From the NCBI GenBank assembly GCA_051418015.1, contig JBPRGF010000003.1:32001-96000 (forward strand): a DNA stretch of 64,000 nt. The letters are read 5' to 3'. Below, piece after piece: positions 8,968-19,994 of this stretch (the stretch's first letter is position 1; each line of letters starts with the position of its first letter). Source of the DNA: Candidatus Nitrospinota bacterium M3_3B_026. Its GTDB lineage: Bacteria > Nitrospinota_A > UBA7883 > JBPRGF01. Both the position numbers and the translations under genes were made by a program. The notes under the pieces were generated by a model. It was not told where the DNA came from. It saw nothing but the letters and a program-made list of their open reading frames with translations, and searched no databases.

Positions 8968-9744
8968 CTACCTGCGGTTCCTTGCGTGGATGACCCGCAG
9001 CCCCTCCAGGGTCAGGTTCTCCTCCACGGCCTGGATCGTCCCGGATATCTGTGACACGAGGAGGGCCTGGCCGCCGGTGGCGATGACCTTCGGCTCCGGC
9101 GCAAGGCGCGGCTTCATTCTCTCCACGATACCGTCCACCAGGCTGGCGAAGCCGTAGTAGGCGCCCGACTGCATGGCGGCGACGGTGTTCTTGCCGATCA
9201 CCGACGGGGGTTTTTTGAACTCCACCTCGGGCAATCTGGCCGCGTGGTGGTACAGGGCGTTCAGCGAGAGCCCGATCCCCGGCGTGATCGCGCCGCCGAG
9301 ATACTCGGACTCCGCGGAGACGGCGTCTATGGTAATGGCCGTGCCGAAGTCGACCAGTATCAGCGGCGGGGCGTATTTTTCCAGCGCCCCCACGGCGTTC
9401 ACTATCCTGTCCGCCCCCACCTCGCGCGGGTCCTCCACCTTCAGCGATATCCCCGTCTTCACGCCGGGGCCCACCACCACCGGGTCGATGCCGAAGGTCT
9501 TGCGCAAAAACCCCAGGATCGGCGGCAGGGCGGGGGGGACGACGCAGGAGACCGCCGCGTCGGACACCGAGGCGGGGTCGATCTTTGAAAGACGCATAAG
9601 CTGCGTCACCATGACGGCCAGCTCGTCCTCGGTGCGCTCGCTTTTCGTGTCCAGCCGCCAGTTCGTCAGGAGCTTTTCGCCTTCGAAGACGCCGAGGACG
9701 ATGTTCGTGTTGCCGACGTCCACGGCGAGCAGTTTTTGTGTCAT
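8968..9744 (-). CDS. coaX: Type III pantothenate kinase
   Basis: DVGNTN, GADR, DFGTA and ATGG motifs. Confidence 0.95.
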   Translation of the reverse strand: MTQKLLAVDVGNTNIVLGVFEGEKLLTNWRLDTKSERTEDELAVMVTQLMRLSKIDPASVSDAAVSCVVPPALPPILGFLRKTFGIDPVVVGPGVKTGISLKVEDPREVGADRIVNAVGALEKYAPPLILVDFGTAITIDAVSAESEYLGGAITPGIGLSLNALYHHAARLPEVEFKKPPSVIGKNTVAAMQSGAYYGFASLVDGIVERMKPRLAPEPKVIATGGQALLVSQISGTIQAVEENLTLEGLRVIHARNRR

Positions 9745-9756
9745 GGCGTCTTAACG

Positions 9757-9966
9757 GGCTGTTGAAAAACTATTTCGCTGATCCGATACGAGACTCTTCG
9801 CTGACGCTCAGAGTGACATAGCAAGGAAACGGTCTCATCCTGAGCCGCTCCCTCTTGTCATCCTGAGGCGAAGCCGAAGGATCTCTGTCCTGTTTTTCAA
9901 TATGTTACGAGACTCTTCAGGGCCTTGCGACCCTTAACATGACATTGTGAGGTATTTTTCAACAAC
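9757..9966. mobile_element. MITE-like composite of REP-like hairpins with TGTTGAAAAA ends
   Basis: ggctgttgaaaaa at 9757 and tttttcaacaac at 9955-9966; internal GTCATCCTGAG and CTCAGAGTGAC arms. Confidence 0.65.
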
Positions 9967-9969
9967 ATA

Positions 9970-10746
9970 CTACACAAACATGGTTTCGCCGAAGGCCCCG
10001 GAAAGCCGGGCGCCTCCGTCCGTCTCGATCACGAGTTCCCCGGTCTCGTTTATGTCCACGGCCACGCCTTCCATGCCGCTGTTCCCCGCCACCGCGACGC
10101 GCCGGCCGATGATCCCGCAGGCGTCCCGATACTCCCTCGCCACCGCCGCCGGACCCTCCGACGAAAGCCGGTCCAATAATCTCTCCAGAGCGTTTACGAA
10201 AAAAGCCAGCAAAAGCTCGCGCCGAACCTTCCGGCCGGTCTCGATGTAAAGCGACGTGGCCCAGGCCCGCAGATCTTCCGGGAAATCCTCCGGCGCCGTG
10301 TTCACGTTCATCCCCGCGCCGATCACCGCCACGGCCCGGCCCGCGCCCTGCCTCATCTCCACCAGCAGCCCCGCCGCCTTTTTCCCGTTCAGAAGAAGGT
10401 CGTTGGGGTATTTCAACGCCGCCGGGATCTCCGCCGCCTCCTCGACGGCCTCTCTGGCGGCCAGCCCCACGGCAAGGGATATTATACCCGGACGCGAAAG
10501 CCCCTCCGGCGCGGGCCAGGCGAGGCTCGCGGCGAGGCTTACGCCGGGAGGGCTTATCCATGCCCGGCCCCGCCGCCCCCGGCCCGCGGTCTGCCGCTCC
10601 GCGGCTACGGCCAGCTTTTCGATTCCCGGCTCGGCGGCTCTCTGTTTCAGCCATGTGTTGGTGGAAGAAGTTTCATCGAGGATTTTCAGGTTCGCCCCCA
10701 GCGTCCGGGTCTCTCTCGCGGCGTGGTAGATTCGCTCGTCGAACAT
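9970..10746 (-). CDS. birA: Biotin-protein ligase without N-terminal HTH
   Basis: STN, QTAGRGRRGR.W, LKYPND and K.AG.L.E motifs. Confidence 0.9.
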   Translation of the reverse strand: MFDERIYHAARETRTLGANLKILDETSSTNTWLKQRAAEPGIEKLAVAAERQTAGRGRRGRAWISPPGVSLAASLAWPAPEGLSRPGIISLAVGLAAREAVEEAAEIPAALKYPNDLLLNGKKAAGLLVEMRQGAGRAVAVIGAGMNVNTAPEDFPEDLRAWATSLYIETGRKVRRELLLAFFVNALERLLDRLSSEGPAAVAREYRDACGIIGRRVAVAGNSGMEGVAVDINETGELVIETDGGARLSGAFGETMFV

Positions 10747-10781
10747 GGGGCCTCCCGCCGCCGGTGAATGGCTGACGCCTG

Positions 10782-11351
10782 TCACTTGAGGATGTGGTAG
10801 GTTTCGGCCATCTTGGGGTCAGTCCAGTCCCGCTCCCTGTGGGGATCCCTGTATTTGTACGGGCTGTTTGTGTTGTAATGGCACTGGGCGCAGACGGTCT
10901 TGCCCCGGAAAGGCTGGATCAACCCGGCGTGCTTGAGCCTGCGCGCCTTGTATTTCAGGTCTTTCTGGTCGTGCAGCTTCAGCCATTTCTCCGCCGCGCC
11001 GTGGCACTCCTCGCATCCTATCCCCTTCAGGTTCTCCGGCTGCTCCTCGAAGGTAAACCCGCCCGGTTTATCCCAGCCGGTCACGTGGCAGTTCATGCAG
11101 GACTTGTCGGTCCTGTAGTCCGTCTCCGGTTTCAGCCCGGCCTCTTTTTTCTCCTTTTCGCGGACGCCTGGCTTTAAAAGCCCGAAGACTTTCGCGTGGG
11201 CGGACTCCTTCCAGGACTTATATATTTCCTTGTGGCATTCCTCGCAGGGCTCGTTTCCGATGAACTTGCCCGGCGCGGCCATGGCGGCGTCTGCTGGGGC
11301 AAAGACGGAGAAAAGAAGGAGGATCACGAAGAGAATGTCAAAACGCCGCAT
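10782..11351 (-). CDS. Tetraheme cytochrome c554-family protein
   Basis: Signal peptide; four CxxCH motifs (CEECH, CMNCH, CEECH, CAQCH) with c554-like spacing. Confidence 0.85.
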   Translation of the reverse strand: MRRFDILFVILLLFSVFAPADAAMAAPGKFIGNEPCEECHKEIYKSWKESAHAKVFGLLKPGVREKEKKEAGLKPETDYRTDKSCMNCHVTGWDKPGGFTFEEQPENLKGIGCEECHGAAEKWLKLHDQKDLKYKARRLKHAGLIQPFRGKTVCAQCHYNTNSPYKYRDPHRERDWTDPKMAETYHILK

Positions 11352-11493
11352 AGTTAGAAAGTGTCGCGAGCCAGGTTGAAAAAATCAAGGTTCCTCATTT
11401 CGCTCCGCTCGTTCAGAACGCCAAGGGTTCGCAAGACACGCAAGGCTCCGGTATCCCGAGCCCATTCGGCTCCGCCTCAGAATGCTCCAGCCT

Positions 11494-11563
11494 GTCGTCC
11501 TGAACTTGTTTCAGGACCTCGGGTCTTTTATGGTTCGAGATGCTGAAATAAATTCAGCATGAC
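11494..11563. repeat. REP-like palindrome, CTGAACTTGTTTCAG type
   Basis: gtcgtcctgaacttgtttcagg...gatgctgaaataaattcagcatgac. Confidence 0.75.
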
Positions 11564-11658
11564 GGCATCACGACAAGCGGCTGACATATTACCATGAACT
11601 CTGATTTAATATACAGATTACCCATGACTTGTCTGGATTCAAAGGATTTTCAGGTTTC

Positions 11659-12786
11659 ATGAGCCGTTTCGTATACCTCGACAACGCCGCCACGTCCTAT
11701 CCCAAACCGCGCTCCGTCGTCTCCGCCGTGGCGCGGGCGGTGGAGAGGGGCGGCGGCAACCCCGGCCGGGGCGGCGGGCGGCGGGCGGTTGCGGCGTCGC
11801 GGCTTGTCTTCGATGCGAGGATGTCGATAGCGGAGTTTTTCGGGTTTTCCCATCCGGAGAGGATCATATTCACGAGAAACGCCACCGAGGGGCTGAACAT
11901 GGCCCTCAAGGGCCTTTTGAGACGGGGCGACGCCGCGGCCGTATCCGCCCTGGAGCACAACGCGGTGATACGCCCCCTGACGGCCCTTAAAAAGCGGGGG
12001 GTGAAATTTTTCACGGCTCCGCTGAACGCCTACGGCCTGCCGGACCCCCGCCGCGTCCCGGACGTGAAGATGCTCGTCACCACCGCCGCCAGCAACGTCA
12101 CAGGCGCTCTGGCGGACGTGGAGGCGCTGGGGAGGGCCTGCCGGGGGCGGGGCGTTCTGCTGGTGGTGGACGCGGCGCAGACGGCCGGGTCCGTCCCCTT
12201 CGACGCGTCGAACATCGACGTCCTCGTCCTCACGGGCCACAAGGGTCTTCTCGGGCCGCAGGGGATAGGGTTCGTCTACTTCGCCCCCGGCGTGGAGCCT
12301 GCCACGTGGATCGAGGGGGGGACGGGGTCTGACTCCGAAAGCCCCCACATGCCCGGCTACTGGCCCGACCGGCACGAGGCGGGGACGGTTAATACGCCGG
12401 GGATAGCGGGGCTCGCGGCGGGGATCGCGTTCCTGAAACGAAAAACCGTCCAGGCCGCTCGGGAAAAGGAGACCGAGCTTGCGCGGGTCATCATGGAAAG
12501 GTTTTTGGACGACGAGCGGATAGAGGTCTATCCCCCTTTCGAGCCTGAGCGGCGGGCGAGCCTTGTGTCGTTCAACATCCGGGGGATAGACCCCGCCGAG
12601 GCGGCGGACGCGCTGGACCGGCGCGGGATATCCCTGCGGGCGGGGCTTCACTGCTCCCCGGCGGCCCACAGGTTCCTGGGGACTTTTCCGGCGGGGGCGC
12701 TGCGCGTCAGCCCGGGGGCCATGACGGGCAAGAGGGACATACTCGCCTTCCTCTCCGCCCTGGACAGGGTTCTGGGAAGACGATGA
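11659..12786 (+). CDS. Class V aminotransferase / cysteine desulfurase family protein
   Basis: YLDNAATSYPKP, DAAQTAG, TGHKGLLGPQG and R.GLHC.P motifs. Confidence 0.9.
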   Translation: MSRFVYLDNAATSYPKPRSVVSAVARAVERGGGNPGRGGGRRAVAASRLVFDARMSIAEFFGFSHPERIIFTRNATEGLNMALKGLLRRGDAAAVSALEHNAVIRPLTALKKRGVKFFTAPLNAYGLPDPRRVPDVKMLVTTAASNVTGALADVEALGRACRGRGVLLVVDAAQTAGSVPFDASNIDVLVLTGHKGLLGPQGIGFVYFAPGVEPATWIEGGTGSDSESPHMPGYWPDRHEAGTVNTPGIAGLAAGIAFLKRKTVQAAREKETELARVIMERFLDDERIEVYPPFEPERRASLVSFNIRGIDPAEAADALDRRGISLRAGLHCSPAAHRFLGTFPAGALRVSPGAMTGKRDILAFLSALDRVLGRR

Positions 12787-13037
12787 CCGGGAAACTGCTC
12801 GCCGTCTTCGTCTCCACCCACGAGACGCTGCGGGCCGAGCGAGCCCTCAAGGAGGCCGGGATAAGAGTCCGCGCCACGGTCAAGCCGCGGACGATAGGCT
12901 CGAACTGCCAGATGGCGCTCGCCTTCCCGGAGGAGAGGCGGGACGACGTGCTCCGGATCGCCCGCGGCGGGGGGTTCGCTCTCGTGGGCGTCTACCGCCG
13001 GGCGGAGGGAGGCGGCTGGGCCGAGGCGGACGGCTGA
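12783..13037 (+). CDS. DUF3343 putative Se/S carrier protein
   Basis: F.STH..LRAE..LK and PR.I.S.C..AL motifs; coupled to the desulfurase gene. Confidence 0.75.
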   Translation: MTGKLLAVFVSTHETLRAERALKEAGIRVRATVKPRTIGSNCQMALAFPEERRDDVLRIARGGGFALVGVYRRAEGGGWAEADG

Positions 13038-13058
13038 GCGCGTCCCCGTGGCCCGCGG

Positions 13059-13868
13059 TCAGTTGTGTATCTTGACTATCTTCTTTACCAGGAAATCCCA
13101 CTCGTAGGGGCTGTCCCTTTCGTGGGAGACGGCGCCCTCCAGGGTCACCACCTTGCCGATGTGTTTGGACAGCGCTTCGGTCTTCGGCCCGTTTATGTAG
13201 TAGCTGTTCTTGTTCCCGCGTTTTATCACCACCGGCACAAGCTGCAGGCCGTCGTCCCGCAACGGCATCAGCCTGCCCGTCACGGTGACGATCTTCGTCT
13301 CTTTCGCGCCGCTGGACGTGGTCACCTGGTCTGCTTTCAGGATAACGGGGTAGTCGCTTTTCGGCACCACCGCCAGGACGTAATGGATCGACTTTTTCGG
13401 CGGGATGCGGTAGTTCACCATCTTGTGGCGGTATGAGACCTTCACCTCGATGGACTTCTCCTTTTCGTCCATGAGGATGCTGTTCATCGAGATGCTGTAA
13501 TTGTCCATCGGCTGGGAGAAGACCCCGACGACCATCTGCTTGCCATAATCCAGCCGCGAAAGCCTCTTGCGCAGGTTGTCGATCCTGGCCTTGGTGATCC
13601 TGTTCTTGTGCCGCTCGAATCCGTTCAATAGATACTCCAGCCCCTCCCGGGACCTTATCACCTGTATGTATGGCGGCTGTGTCAGCGAGCTGCCGGCCAC
13701 GTTCGTCAGGAACGACCCTTCGATTCTGCGGGTCACGGGGACTTTTTCGAAGCATACGGCCTGGCCAGCCAGAATGGAGACGATGAAAGCGGTCAACACC
13801 GCGCCCCTGGCGAGCGTCTTCACGCCTGTTCCGCGCCGTTTCTTTTTCGAAGCCGCGCCGTGAATCAT
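13059..13868 (-). CDS. Secreted protein with a PrcB-C-terminal-like domain
   Basis: Signal-like segment; [12 protein letters not shown]...YSI.....IEV.V....Y.LAVVPK pattern. Confidence 0.6.
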   Translation of the reverse strand: MIHGAASKKKRRGTGVKTLARGAVLTAFIVSILAGQAVCFEKVPVTRRIEGSFLTNVAGSSLTQPPYIQVIRSREGLEYLLNGFERHKNRITKARIDNLRKRLSRLDYGKQMVVGVFSQPMDNYSISMNSILMDEKEKSIEVKVSYRHKMVNYRIPPKKSIHYVLAVVPKSDYPVILKADQVTTSSGAKETKIVTVTGRLMPLRDDGLQLVPVVIKRGNKNSYYINGPKTEALSKHIGKVVTLEGAVSHERDSPYEWDFLVKKIVKIHN

Positions 13869-14896
13869 GTAAAAGGCAGGTTCAAGGGCTTGCGCCCCGC
13901 CTCGTCCATGCCGAAGTGACGGTAGGCAAGCGGCGTGGCCGTCCTCCCCCGCGGGGTGCGCTGCATCAGCCCCTCCTGGATCAGGTAGGGCTCCAGCACG
14001 TCCTCTATCGTGTCCCTGTCCTCGGACATGGCGGCGGCGATGGTCTCGATCCCCACCGGCCCGCCGTTGAACTTTTTCATGATCGTCAGCATCAGCTTCC
14101 TGTCCATCTTGTCGAACCCCCGGGAGTCCACCTCCAGCATGGAGAGCGCCTCGGCGGCGACTTTGCCGGTTATGACTCCGTCCGCCCTCACCTCGGCGTA
14201 GTCCCGCACCCTCCGCAAAAGCCTGTTGGCCACCCTCGGCGTGCCCCTGCCCCGGCGGGCTATCTCCCCGGCTCCGCTCTCCTCCAGCCTCACCCCCAGG
14301 ATGGCGGCGGAGCGTTTTATCACCTGCTCCAGCTCTTCGGCGGCGTAGAACTCCAGCCTGTGTATTATGCCAAACCTGTCGCGCAGGGGAGAGGTCAAAA
14401 GCCCCGCCCTGGTGGTGGCCCCGACCAGGGTGAAGGGCGGCAGGTCGAGGTTTATGGAGCGCGCGGCGGGGCCTTGGCCTATTATTATGTCGATCCTGAA
14501 ATCCTCCATCGCCGGGTAGAGAATCTCCTCCACCGCGGCGTTCAGCCTGTGTATCTCGTCGATGAAAAGAACGTCGTGGGGCTCCATGCCGGTCAGTATC
14601 GCCGCCAGGTCGCCGGGCCTCTGGAGCACCGGGCCGGAGGTCGTCCTTATCGCCACGCCGAGCTCGCCGGCCATGATATGGGCCAGGGTCGTCTTGCCCA
14701 GGCCGGGCGGGCCGTAAAAAAGGCAGTGGTCCAGCGCTCCACCCCTGCCCCGGGCGGCGGCTATGGAGACGGCCATGTTCTCCTTGAGCGCCTTCTGGCC
14801 GATGAATTCGGCGAGGGTGGCGGGCCTCAGCCCGGTCTCTTCTTTCAGCTCCTGGCCGGACTCCGGCTCGGGGTCGGTGATCCTGTCGTCTGACAT
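13865..14896 (-). CDS. ruvB: Holliday junction helicase RuvB
   Basis: [24 protein letters not shown] and GATTRAG motifs. Confidence 0.97.
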   Translation of the reverse strand: MSDDRITDPEPESGQELKEETGLRPATLAEFIGQKALKENMAVSIAAARGRGGALDHCLFYGPPGLGKTTLAHIMAGELGVAIRTTSGPVLQRPGDLAAILTGMEPHDVLFIDEIHRLNAAVEEILYPAMEDFRIDIIIGQGPAARSINLDLPPFTLVGATTRAGLLTSPLRDRFGIIHRLEFYAAEELEQVIKRSAAILGVRLEESGAGEIARRGRGTPRVANRLLRRVRDYAEVRADGVITGKVAAEALSMLEVDSRGFDKMDRKLMLTIMKKFNGGPVGIETIAAAMSEDRDTIEDVLEPYLIQEGLMQRTPRGRTATPLAYRHFGMDEAGRKPLNLPFT

Positions 14897-14952
14897 GGAT
14901 GTTATTATACGCTCAACGCGCGGCGCGGCCAAAAAACCCCTCCGGCCGCGGT

Positions 14953-15441
14953 TCAGCGCTTCATGGCGCGGTCCATCTCCCGTTGCGCCGTCCTGCGTTT
15001 GAGGGTCTCGCGCTTGTCGTAGAGCTTCTTTCCCTTCGCGATCCCAAGCTCCAGCTTGGCTCGGCCGCGTTTGAAGTAGACCTTGAGCGGGACGATCGTC
15101 AACCCCTTTTCCCTCGAGGCGGCCTCGAGCTTTTTTATCTGCCGTTTGTGCAGCAGCAGTTTTCTGTCCCGGGTGGGCTCGTAAACCTGAAAAGTGTTCA
15201 TGGCCGCGTATGGCGAGATGTTCGCCCCGACCAGCCAGACCTCGCCTCTTTTCACCCTGGCGTAGGACTCGGCCAGGTTCATCTTGCCCTCGCGGAGCGA
15301 TTTCACCTCGGCGCCGATCAGGACGATCCCGGCCTCGACGGTCTCCAGGATGTGATAGTCGTGGCGGGCCTTGCGGTTTACGATTGTGGGCGGACCGGTT
15401 TTTTCCTTTTCGCCTTTGGTTTTTTTTCCACGCCGCGCCAT
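14953..15441 (-). CDS. smpB: SsrA-binding protein
   Basis: [21 protein letters not shown] and [10 protein letters not shown] motifs. Confidence 0.97.
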   Translation of the reverse strand: MARRGKKTKGEKEKTGPPTIVNRKARHDYHILETVEAGIVLIGAEVKSLREGKMNLAESYARVKRGEVWLVGANISPYAAMNTFQVYEPTRDRKLLLHKRQIKKLEAASREKGLTIVPLKVYFKRGRAKLELGIAKGKKLYDKRETLKRRTAQREMDRAMKR

Positions 15442-15758
15442 TAAGTATCTTCTGACTCTTTTAAAAGGCCGGACTTGCCGTACCGGCGCTCCAGCTCGTC
15501 GAAGACCTGGTCGACCGGTATGTTCTTCTGGGCCAGGGCGACGATGGTGTGAAACCACAGGTCGGCGGTCTCGTAGACGATCGCCGCATCGTCGCCCTCC
15601 TTGTGGGCCAGGATGGTCTCCACAGCCTCCTCGCCAACCTTCTCTAAAATCTTATTCTCGCCTTTCTTGTATAACCTTGCCACGTAGGAGGCCTCCGGGT
15701 CGGCTTTTTTCCTGTCGATCGCCAGGTCGTAAATCTTCCGCAACACGTTTTTTTCCAT
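15441..15758 (-). CDS. hisE: Phosphoribosyl-ATP pyrophosphatase
   Basis: [13 protein letters not shown] and ETADLWFH motifs. Confidence 0.92.
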   Translation of the reverse strand: MEKNVLRKIYDLAIDRKKADPEASYVARLYKKGENKILEKVGEEAVETILAHKEGDDAAIVYETADLWFHTIVALAQKNIPVDQVFDELERRYGKSGLLKESEDT

Positions 15759-15811
15759 TATGGTCCTTCGCTCAAAATCGTGTCCACATAAAGCCGGGCT
15801 CCGCGCCCAAT

Positions 15812-15899
15812 CAATGTCATCCTGAGCGAAAGCGAAGGATCCCGTCCGGCCTTGCAAGGGACAACGGGATTCTTCGGCTGCCGCCTCAGAATGACATTG
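15812..15899. repeat. REP-like palindrome, GTCATCCTGAG type
   Basis: caatgtcatcctgagcgaaagcgaaggatcccg...cgggattcttcggctgccgcctcagaatgacattg. Confidence 0.8.
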
Positions 15900-15971
15900 T
15901 GAATCCCATCCCGCCGCCGGTAGAGGGGATGCCTGTGGTTGTCTGCCTTCACTTTCGCGCATCGCTCGCCT

Positions 15972-16748
15972 TCAGCCATGGTCCTCCGGGTCGCGAGCGG
16001 AGACGCCCTTCTCCCGCAGATAGCGCTTCGCCTCGGCTATCGTATATTCGCGGAAATGGAATATCGACGCCGCCAGGACGGCGTCCGCCTCGCCCTCGGT
16101 GAGCGCCTCGTACAAATGCTCCAGGCTCCCCGCGCCGCCGGAGGCTATGACCGGTATCTCGACGGCCCGGCTCACCGCCCGGGTAAGCTCTATGTCGTAG
16201 CCGTCCTTCGTCCCGTCGGCGTCCATGGAGGTCAGCAGTATCTCGCCCGCCCCCATCCGCTCCATCCTCCCCGCCCATTTCACGGCGTCCAGACCCGTCG
16301 GCGTCCGCCCCCCGTGGGTGTAGACCTCCCATCCGCCGCCCTCTTTTCTTTTCGCGTCGATGGCCACCACGACAAGCTGACTGCCGAAACGCCGCGCCGC
16401 CTCCCCGACGAACCCAGGGTTTTTCACCGCGGCGGTGTTGACGGCCACCTTGTCCGCCCCGGCGCGCAGGAGCCTGTGGATATCCTCCAGCGTCCGAGTC
16501 CCCCCGCCGACGGTAAGCGGCATGAAGACCTGTTCGGCCGTCCGGGCGACGACGTCGAGGATGATGTCGCGTTTGTCCGAGGAGGCGGTGATGTCCAAAA
16601 AGGCGAGCTCGTCGGCGCCCTGCTCGTCGTACATCCGGGCGATCTCCACGGGGTCGCCCGCGTCGCGCAGGTTTAAAAATTTCACACCCTTCACCACTCG
16701 CCCCTCGGTGACGTCGAGGCAGGGGATTATGCGGCGGCGCAGGGTCAT
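15972..16748 (-). CDS. hisF: Imidazole glycerol phosphate synthase cyclase subunit
   Basis: [14 protein letters not shown] and TSMD.DGT..GYD motifs. Confidence 0.97.
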   Translation of the reverse strand: MTLRRRIIPCLDVTEGRVVKGVKFLNLRDAGDPVEIARMYDEQGADELAFLDITASSDKRDIILDVVARTAEQVFMPLTVGGGTRTLEDIHRLLRAGADKVAVNTAAVKNPGFVGEAARRFGSQLVVVAIDAKRKEGGGWEVYTHGGRTPTGLDAVKWAGRMERMGAGEILLTSMDADGTKDGYDIELTRAVSRAVEIPVIASGGAGSLEHLYEALTEGEADAVLAASIFHFREYTIAEAKRYLREKGVSARDPEDHG

Positions 16749-17479
16749 CGGCTTTTCCCCCTGGACAGCGCTATCGCCTCGGCCAGGTCGAGCGTTCCGT
16801 CGTATATCGCCTTGCCGGCGATCATCGAGGTCACGCCGTACTTTTCAAGCTCCATGATGGCGCGGACGTCGTCCAGGGTGGTGACGCCGCCGGAGGCAGT
16901 GACGGGGATATCGACGGCCTGCGCGAAGTTTTTCAGCCCCTCCACGTTCGCCCCCGCCAGCATCCCGTCGCGGGATATGTCGGTGTAGACTACGCCTGCC
17001 GCGCCCATGGCGGCGAACCTTCCGGCGAGCGCCACGGGGTCGGCCTCGACGGTTTCCACCCAACCCTTGGTCGCGGGTTTTCCGTCTTTTACGTCCATGC
17101 CGACGAGTATCCTGTCCGGGAAAAGGTCCGCCGCCGCCAGAACGAAGTCGGGATTTTCCACCGCCGCGGTGCCTATTATCACCTGCGAGGCGCCGAGGTC
17201 TATGTAGTCGCTGACCGTCTGGACAGACCGCGCCCCGCCTCCCACCTCGACGAAGACCCCCGCCGCCTCGACGATCGCCGCGATGGCCTTCCCGTTCACC
17301 GGCCTTCCGGTTTTCGCCGCGTCGAGGTCGACCACGTGCAGCCCCTCCGCGCCCATCTCGGCCCACTTGCGGGCGAAGGCGGCCGGGTCGTCGGAGTAGA
17401 CCGTCTTCTCGGAGAATTCGCCCTTTTTCAGGCGGACGACTTTTCCGTCCATGATGTCGATGGCTGGCAATATTCTCAT
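16745..17479 (-). CDS. hisA: ProFAR isomerase
   Basis: PAID..G.VVRL..G, HVVDLD and TDI.RDGML.G motifs. Confidence 0.96.
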   Translation of the reverse strand: MRILPAIDIMDGKVVRLKKGEFSEKTVYSDDPAAFARKWAEMGAEGLHVVDLDAAKTGRPVNGKAIAAIVEAAGVFVEVGGGARSVQTVSDYIDLGASQVIIGTAAVENPDFVLAAADLFPDRILVGMDVKDGKPATKGWVETVEADPVALAGRFAAMGAAGVVYTDISRDGMLAGANVEGLKNFAQAVDIPVTASGGVTTLDDVRAIMELEKYGVTSMIAGKAIYDGTLDLAEAIALSRGKSR

Positions 17480-17561
17480 GGCTTATCCGTGAAACCGGTA
17501 AAAAAAGCAGCAGACCAGTTCGTCATCCCGGTCATTAGAACGAAATATCCTGCGTCTTACG

Positions 17562-17798
17562 TTGTCATCCTGAGCCGAAGGCGAAGGATCCCGTTGTTGG
17601 AAAGAATGAGATGCTTCGCTGCGCTCAGCATGACAAAAAGTCCACAGTCCCGCCCACTATAGACGAGGGCGGCGGGGAAATCCAGTGGGGGGAGGAGTTG
17701 GCGGGACGGCGGGCGGCGAGCCGGTTTGTCATTCCGGCCTCCGAGCCGGAATCTCTATCCGGCGAATTCGAGATGCTGAAATAAATCCAGCATGACAA
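17562..17798. repeat. Two REP-like palindromes (17562-17636 and 17726-17798)
   Basis: TTGTCAT...ATGACAA-bounded hairpins; the second is a hybrid of two families. Confidence 0.75.
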
Positions 17799-17881
17799 GC
17801 GAGGCGTCGAGAAAATGAGCTTCAACGCGACACACTTATAACAAAACCATCACCAGCCGCCCGGCGCCCCCGCCACCACAT

Positions 17882-18904
17882 TCAACAAATCCTCGGCAAA
17901 AGCTCGCCGGGAAGTTTGCCGATCAGCCGGGAGCCGCCGACGAGCGAGGTCATGAAGACCTTGCCGGACGAGCCCTCCTCCACCTCGCCGATGATCGCGG
18001 CGCGCTCCCCCAGCGGGTGGGAGCGCATCACCTGAAGCGCCCGCTCCGCGTCATGCTCGGGGACGACGAGGGCCATTTTGCCCTCGTTTGCGATATAGAC
18101 AGGGTCGAGCCCCAAAAGCTCGCAGGCGCCGTTCACGCCCGGCGACAGGGGGATCGCCCGCTCGTCGATCCTGATGTTCACCCCCGCCGCCTCGGCTATC
18201 TCCACCAGCACCGTCGCCAGCCCGCCGCGGGTGGCGTCGCGCAGGACGCTCACCTCCACCCCGGCGTCCAAAATATCCGCCACCAGGCCGGCAAGCTGGG
18301 CGGTGTCAGACCTTACCGGCGAGGAAAACTCAAAACCCTCCCGGGCGCTCATCACCGCCACGCCATGGTCGCCGATCGTCCCGTTAACAAGCACCCGGCC
18401 GCCCGGCCGCGCGCTCGCAGCCCGGATATCCTGCCCGTCCCGCGCCGCGCCGACGCCGGAGGTGTTCACGTATATCCCGTCGCCGCGCCCCTTGGGGACG
18501 ACCTTGGTGTCGCCGCAGGTTATTTGAACGCCCGCCGCCCGCGCCGCCCGGCCCATGGAGCGCAGGACGGTTTCGAGCTTCTCGATCGAAAGCCCCTCCT
18601 CCAGGATGAACCCGGCGCTTATCGCGATCGGCCGCCCGCCGCGCATGGCGATGTCGTTTATCGTCCCGTTGACGGCAAGCTCGCCTATGTTCCCGCCGGG
18701 GAAGATGAAGGGATCCACGACGTAGCTGTCGGTGGTGAAAAGGAATTTTCCCGGCGGCGCGTCGATCAGGGCCGCGTCCTCCTGCTCCGGGATTTTTCCA
18801 TCCTCGTATAAGCATGGCAGGACAATCTTCTCCAGAAGCTCGCCCGTCATTGCCCCGCCGGAGCCGTGCCCCAGCAGGATCACACCGTCACGCCCCGACG
18901 GCAT
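17882..18904 (-). CDS. hypE: Hydrogenase maturation protein HypE
   Basis: HGSGG, TTDSYVV and GDTKVV motifs; C-terminal PRIC. Confidence 0.97.
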   Translation of the reverse strand: MPSGRDGVILLGHGSGGAMTGELLEKIVLPCLYEDGKIPEQEDAALIDAPPGKFLFTTDSYVVDPFIFPGGNIGELAVNGTINDIAMRGGRPIAISAGFILEEGLSIEKLETVLRSMGRAARAAGVQITCGDTKVVPKGRGDGIYVNTSGVGAARDGQDIRAASARPGGRVLVNGTIGDHGVAVMSAREGFEFSSPVRSDTAQLAGLVADILDAGVEVSVLRDATRGGLATVLVEIAEAAGVNIRIDERAIPLSPGVNGACELLGLDPVYIANEGKMALVVPEHDAERALQVMRSHPLGERAAIIGEVEEGSSGKVFMTSLVGGSRLIGKLPGELLPRIC

Positions 18905-19994
18905 GGCGCCCTCCGTAGCGGTACTCGGCCGCGCATGTCCCCTCGGAGGAGACCATGCACGCGCCGATCGGGTTCTCCGGCGTGCAGGCTTTGCCGAAAA
19001 GCCTGCAGTCGAGCGGGCCTTTCAACCCTTTCAGGATTTCGCCGCAGACGCAGGCGGGGTTCTCCCTCGCCTCGGGAATTTTCAGGGTAAACTTGCGGGC
19101 GGCGTCGTATTCGGCGTATTTCTCCGCGATGGAGAGCCCGCTGCCCGGTATGCTCCCCAGGCCGCGCCAGACGGCGTCCGTCTTCTCGAAAACCTCGGCG
19201 AGGATATTCTGAGCTTTCGTGTTTCCCTCGGGCCGGACGACGCGGTAATACTCGTTCTCCACCTCGGCCCGCCCGTCGGCGGCCTGCCGGACAAGCATCG
19301 TGATCCCCCGCAGGATATCCAGCGGCTCGAAGCCGGTAATAACGCAGGGGACGCGGTACTTTTCGACAAGGCCCCGGTAGCCCGCCTCGCCGATGATCGC
19401 CGAGACGTGGGCCGGGCAGATGTAGCCGTCGATCATAAGCTCCCCCTCCATCAGCGCCGCCATCGGCTCCGGCATCACCTTGTGGGCGGAGAGGACCGAA
19501 AAATTCTTTATCCTCTCCCGCTCGGCCGTCAGGATCGCCGAAGCGATCAGCGGCGCCGTCGTCTCGAACCCGACGCCGAGGAAGACCACCTGGGCCTCGG
19601 GTTTTTTGCGGGCAAGCTCCACCGCGTCCAGGGGGGAGTATACGACCCTGATGTCGCGCCCCCCGGCCCGCTCCCGGGCAAGCGAGGAGGCCGAGCCGGG
19701 GACTTTTATCATGTCGCCGAAGGTTGTTATCACTACCCCCTCGCGGCGGGCAAGCTCGATGGCCGCGTCGACGTAGCCCATAGGCGTCACGCAGACGGGG
19801 CAGCCGGGGCCGGATACGAGTTTTATGTTCTCCGGGACGAGGGTTTTTATGCCGTGCCGGTAGATCGACATCGTGTGCGTGCCGCAGACCTCCATCAGCG
19901 TCACGGGCCGGGGCAGGCGGCCCGCCTCGCGCCGCAAATCGTCCGCCAGCTTCGTCGCCAGGGCGCGGTCGCGGAACTCGTCAACGTATCTCAT
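18888..19994 (-). CDS. hypD: Hydrogenase maturation protein HypD
   Basis: MEVCGTHT, GPGCPVC, GFETT and CMVSSEG.C motifs. Confidence 0.97.
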   Translation of the reverse strand: MRYVDEFRDRALATKLADDLRREAGRLPRPVTLMEVCGTHTMSIYRHGIKTLVPENIKLVSGPGCPVCVTPMGYVDAAIELARREGVVITTFGDMIKVPGSASSLARERAGGRDIRVVYSPLDAVELARKKPEAQVVFLGVGFETTAPLIASAILTAERERIKNFSVLSAHKVMPEPMAALMEGELMIDGYICPAHVSAIIGEAGYRGLVEKYRVPCVITGFEPLDILRGITMLVRQAADGRAEVENEYYRVVRPEGNTKAQNILAEVFEKTDAVWRGLGSIPGSGLSIAEKYAEYDAARKFTLKIPEARENPACVCGEILKGLKGPLDCRLFGKACTPENPIGACMVSSEGTCAAEYRYGGRHAVGA

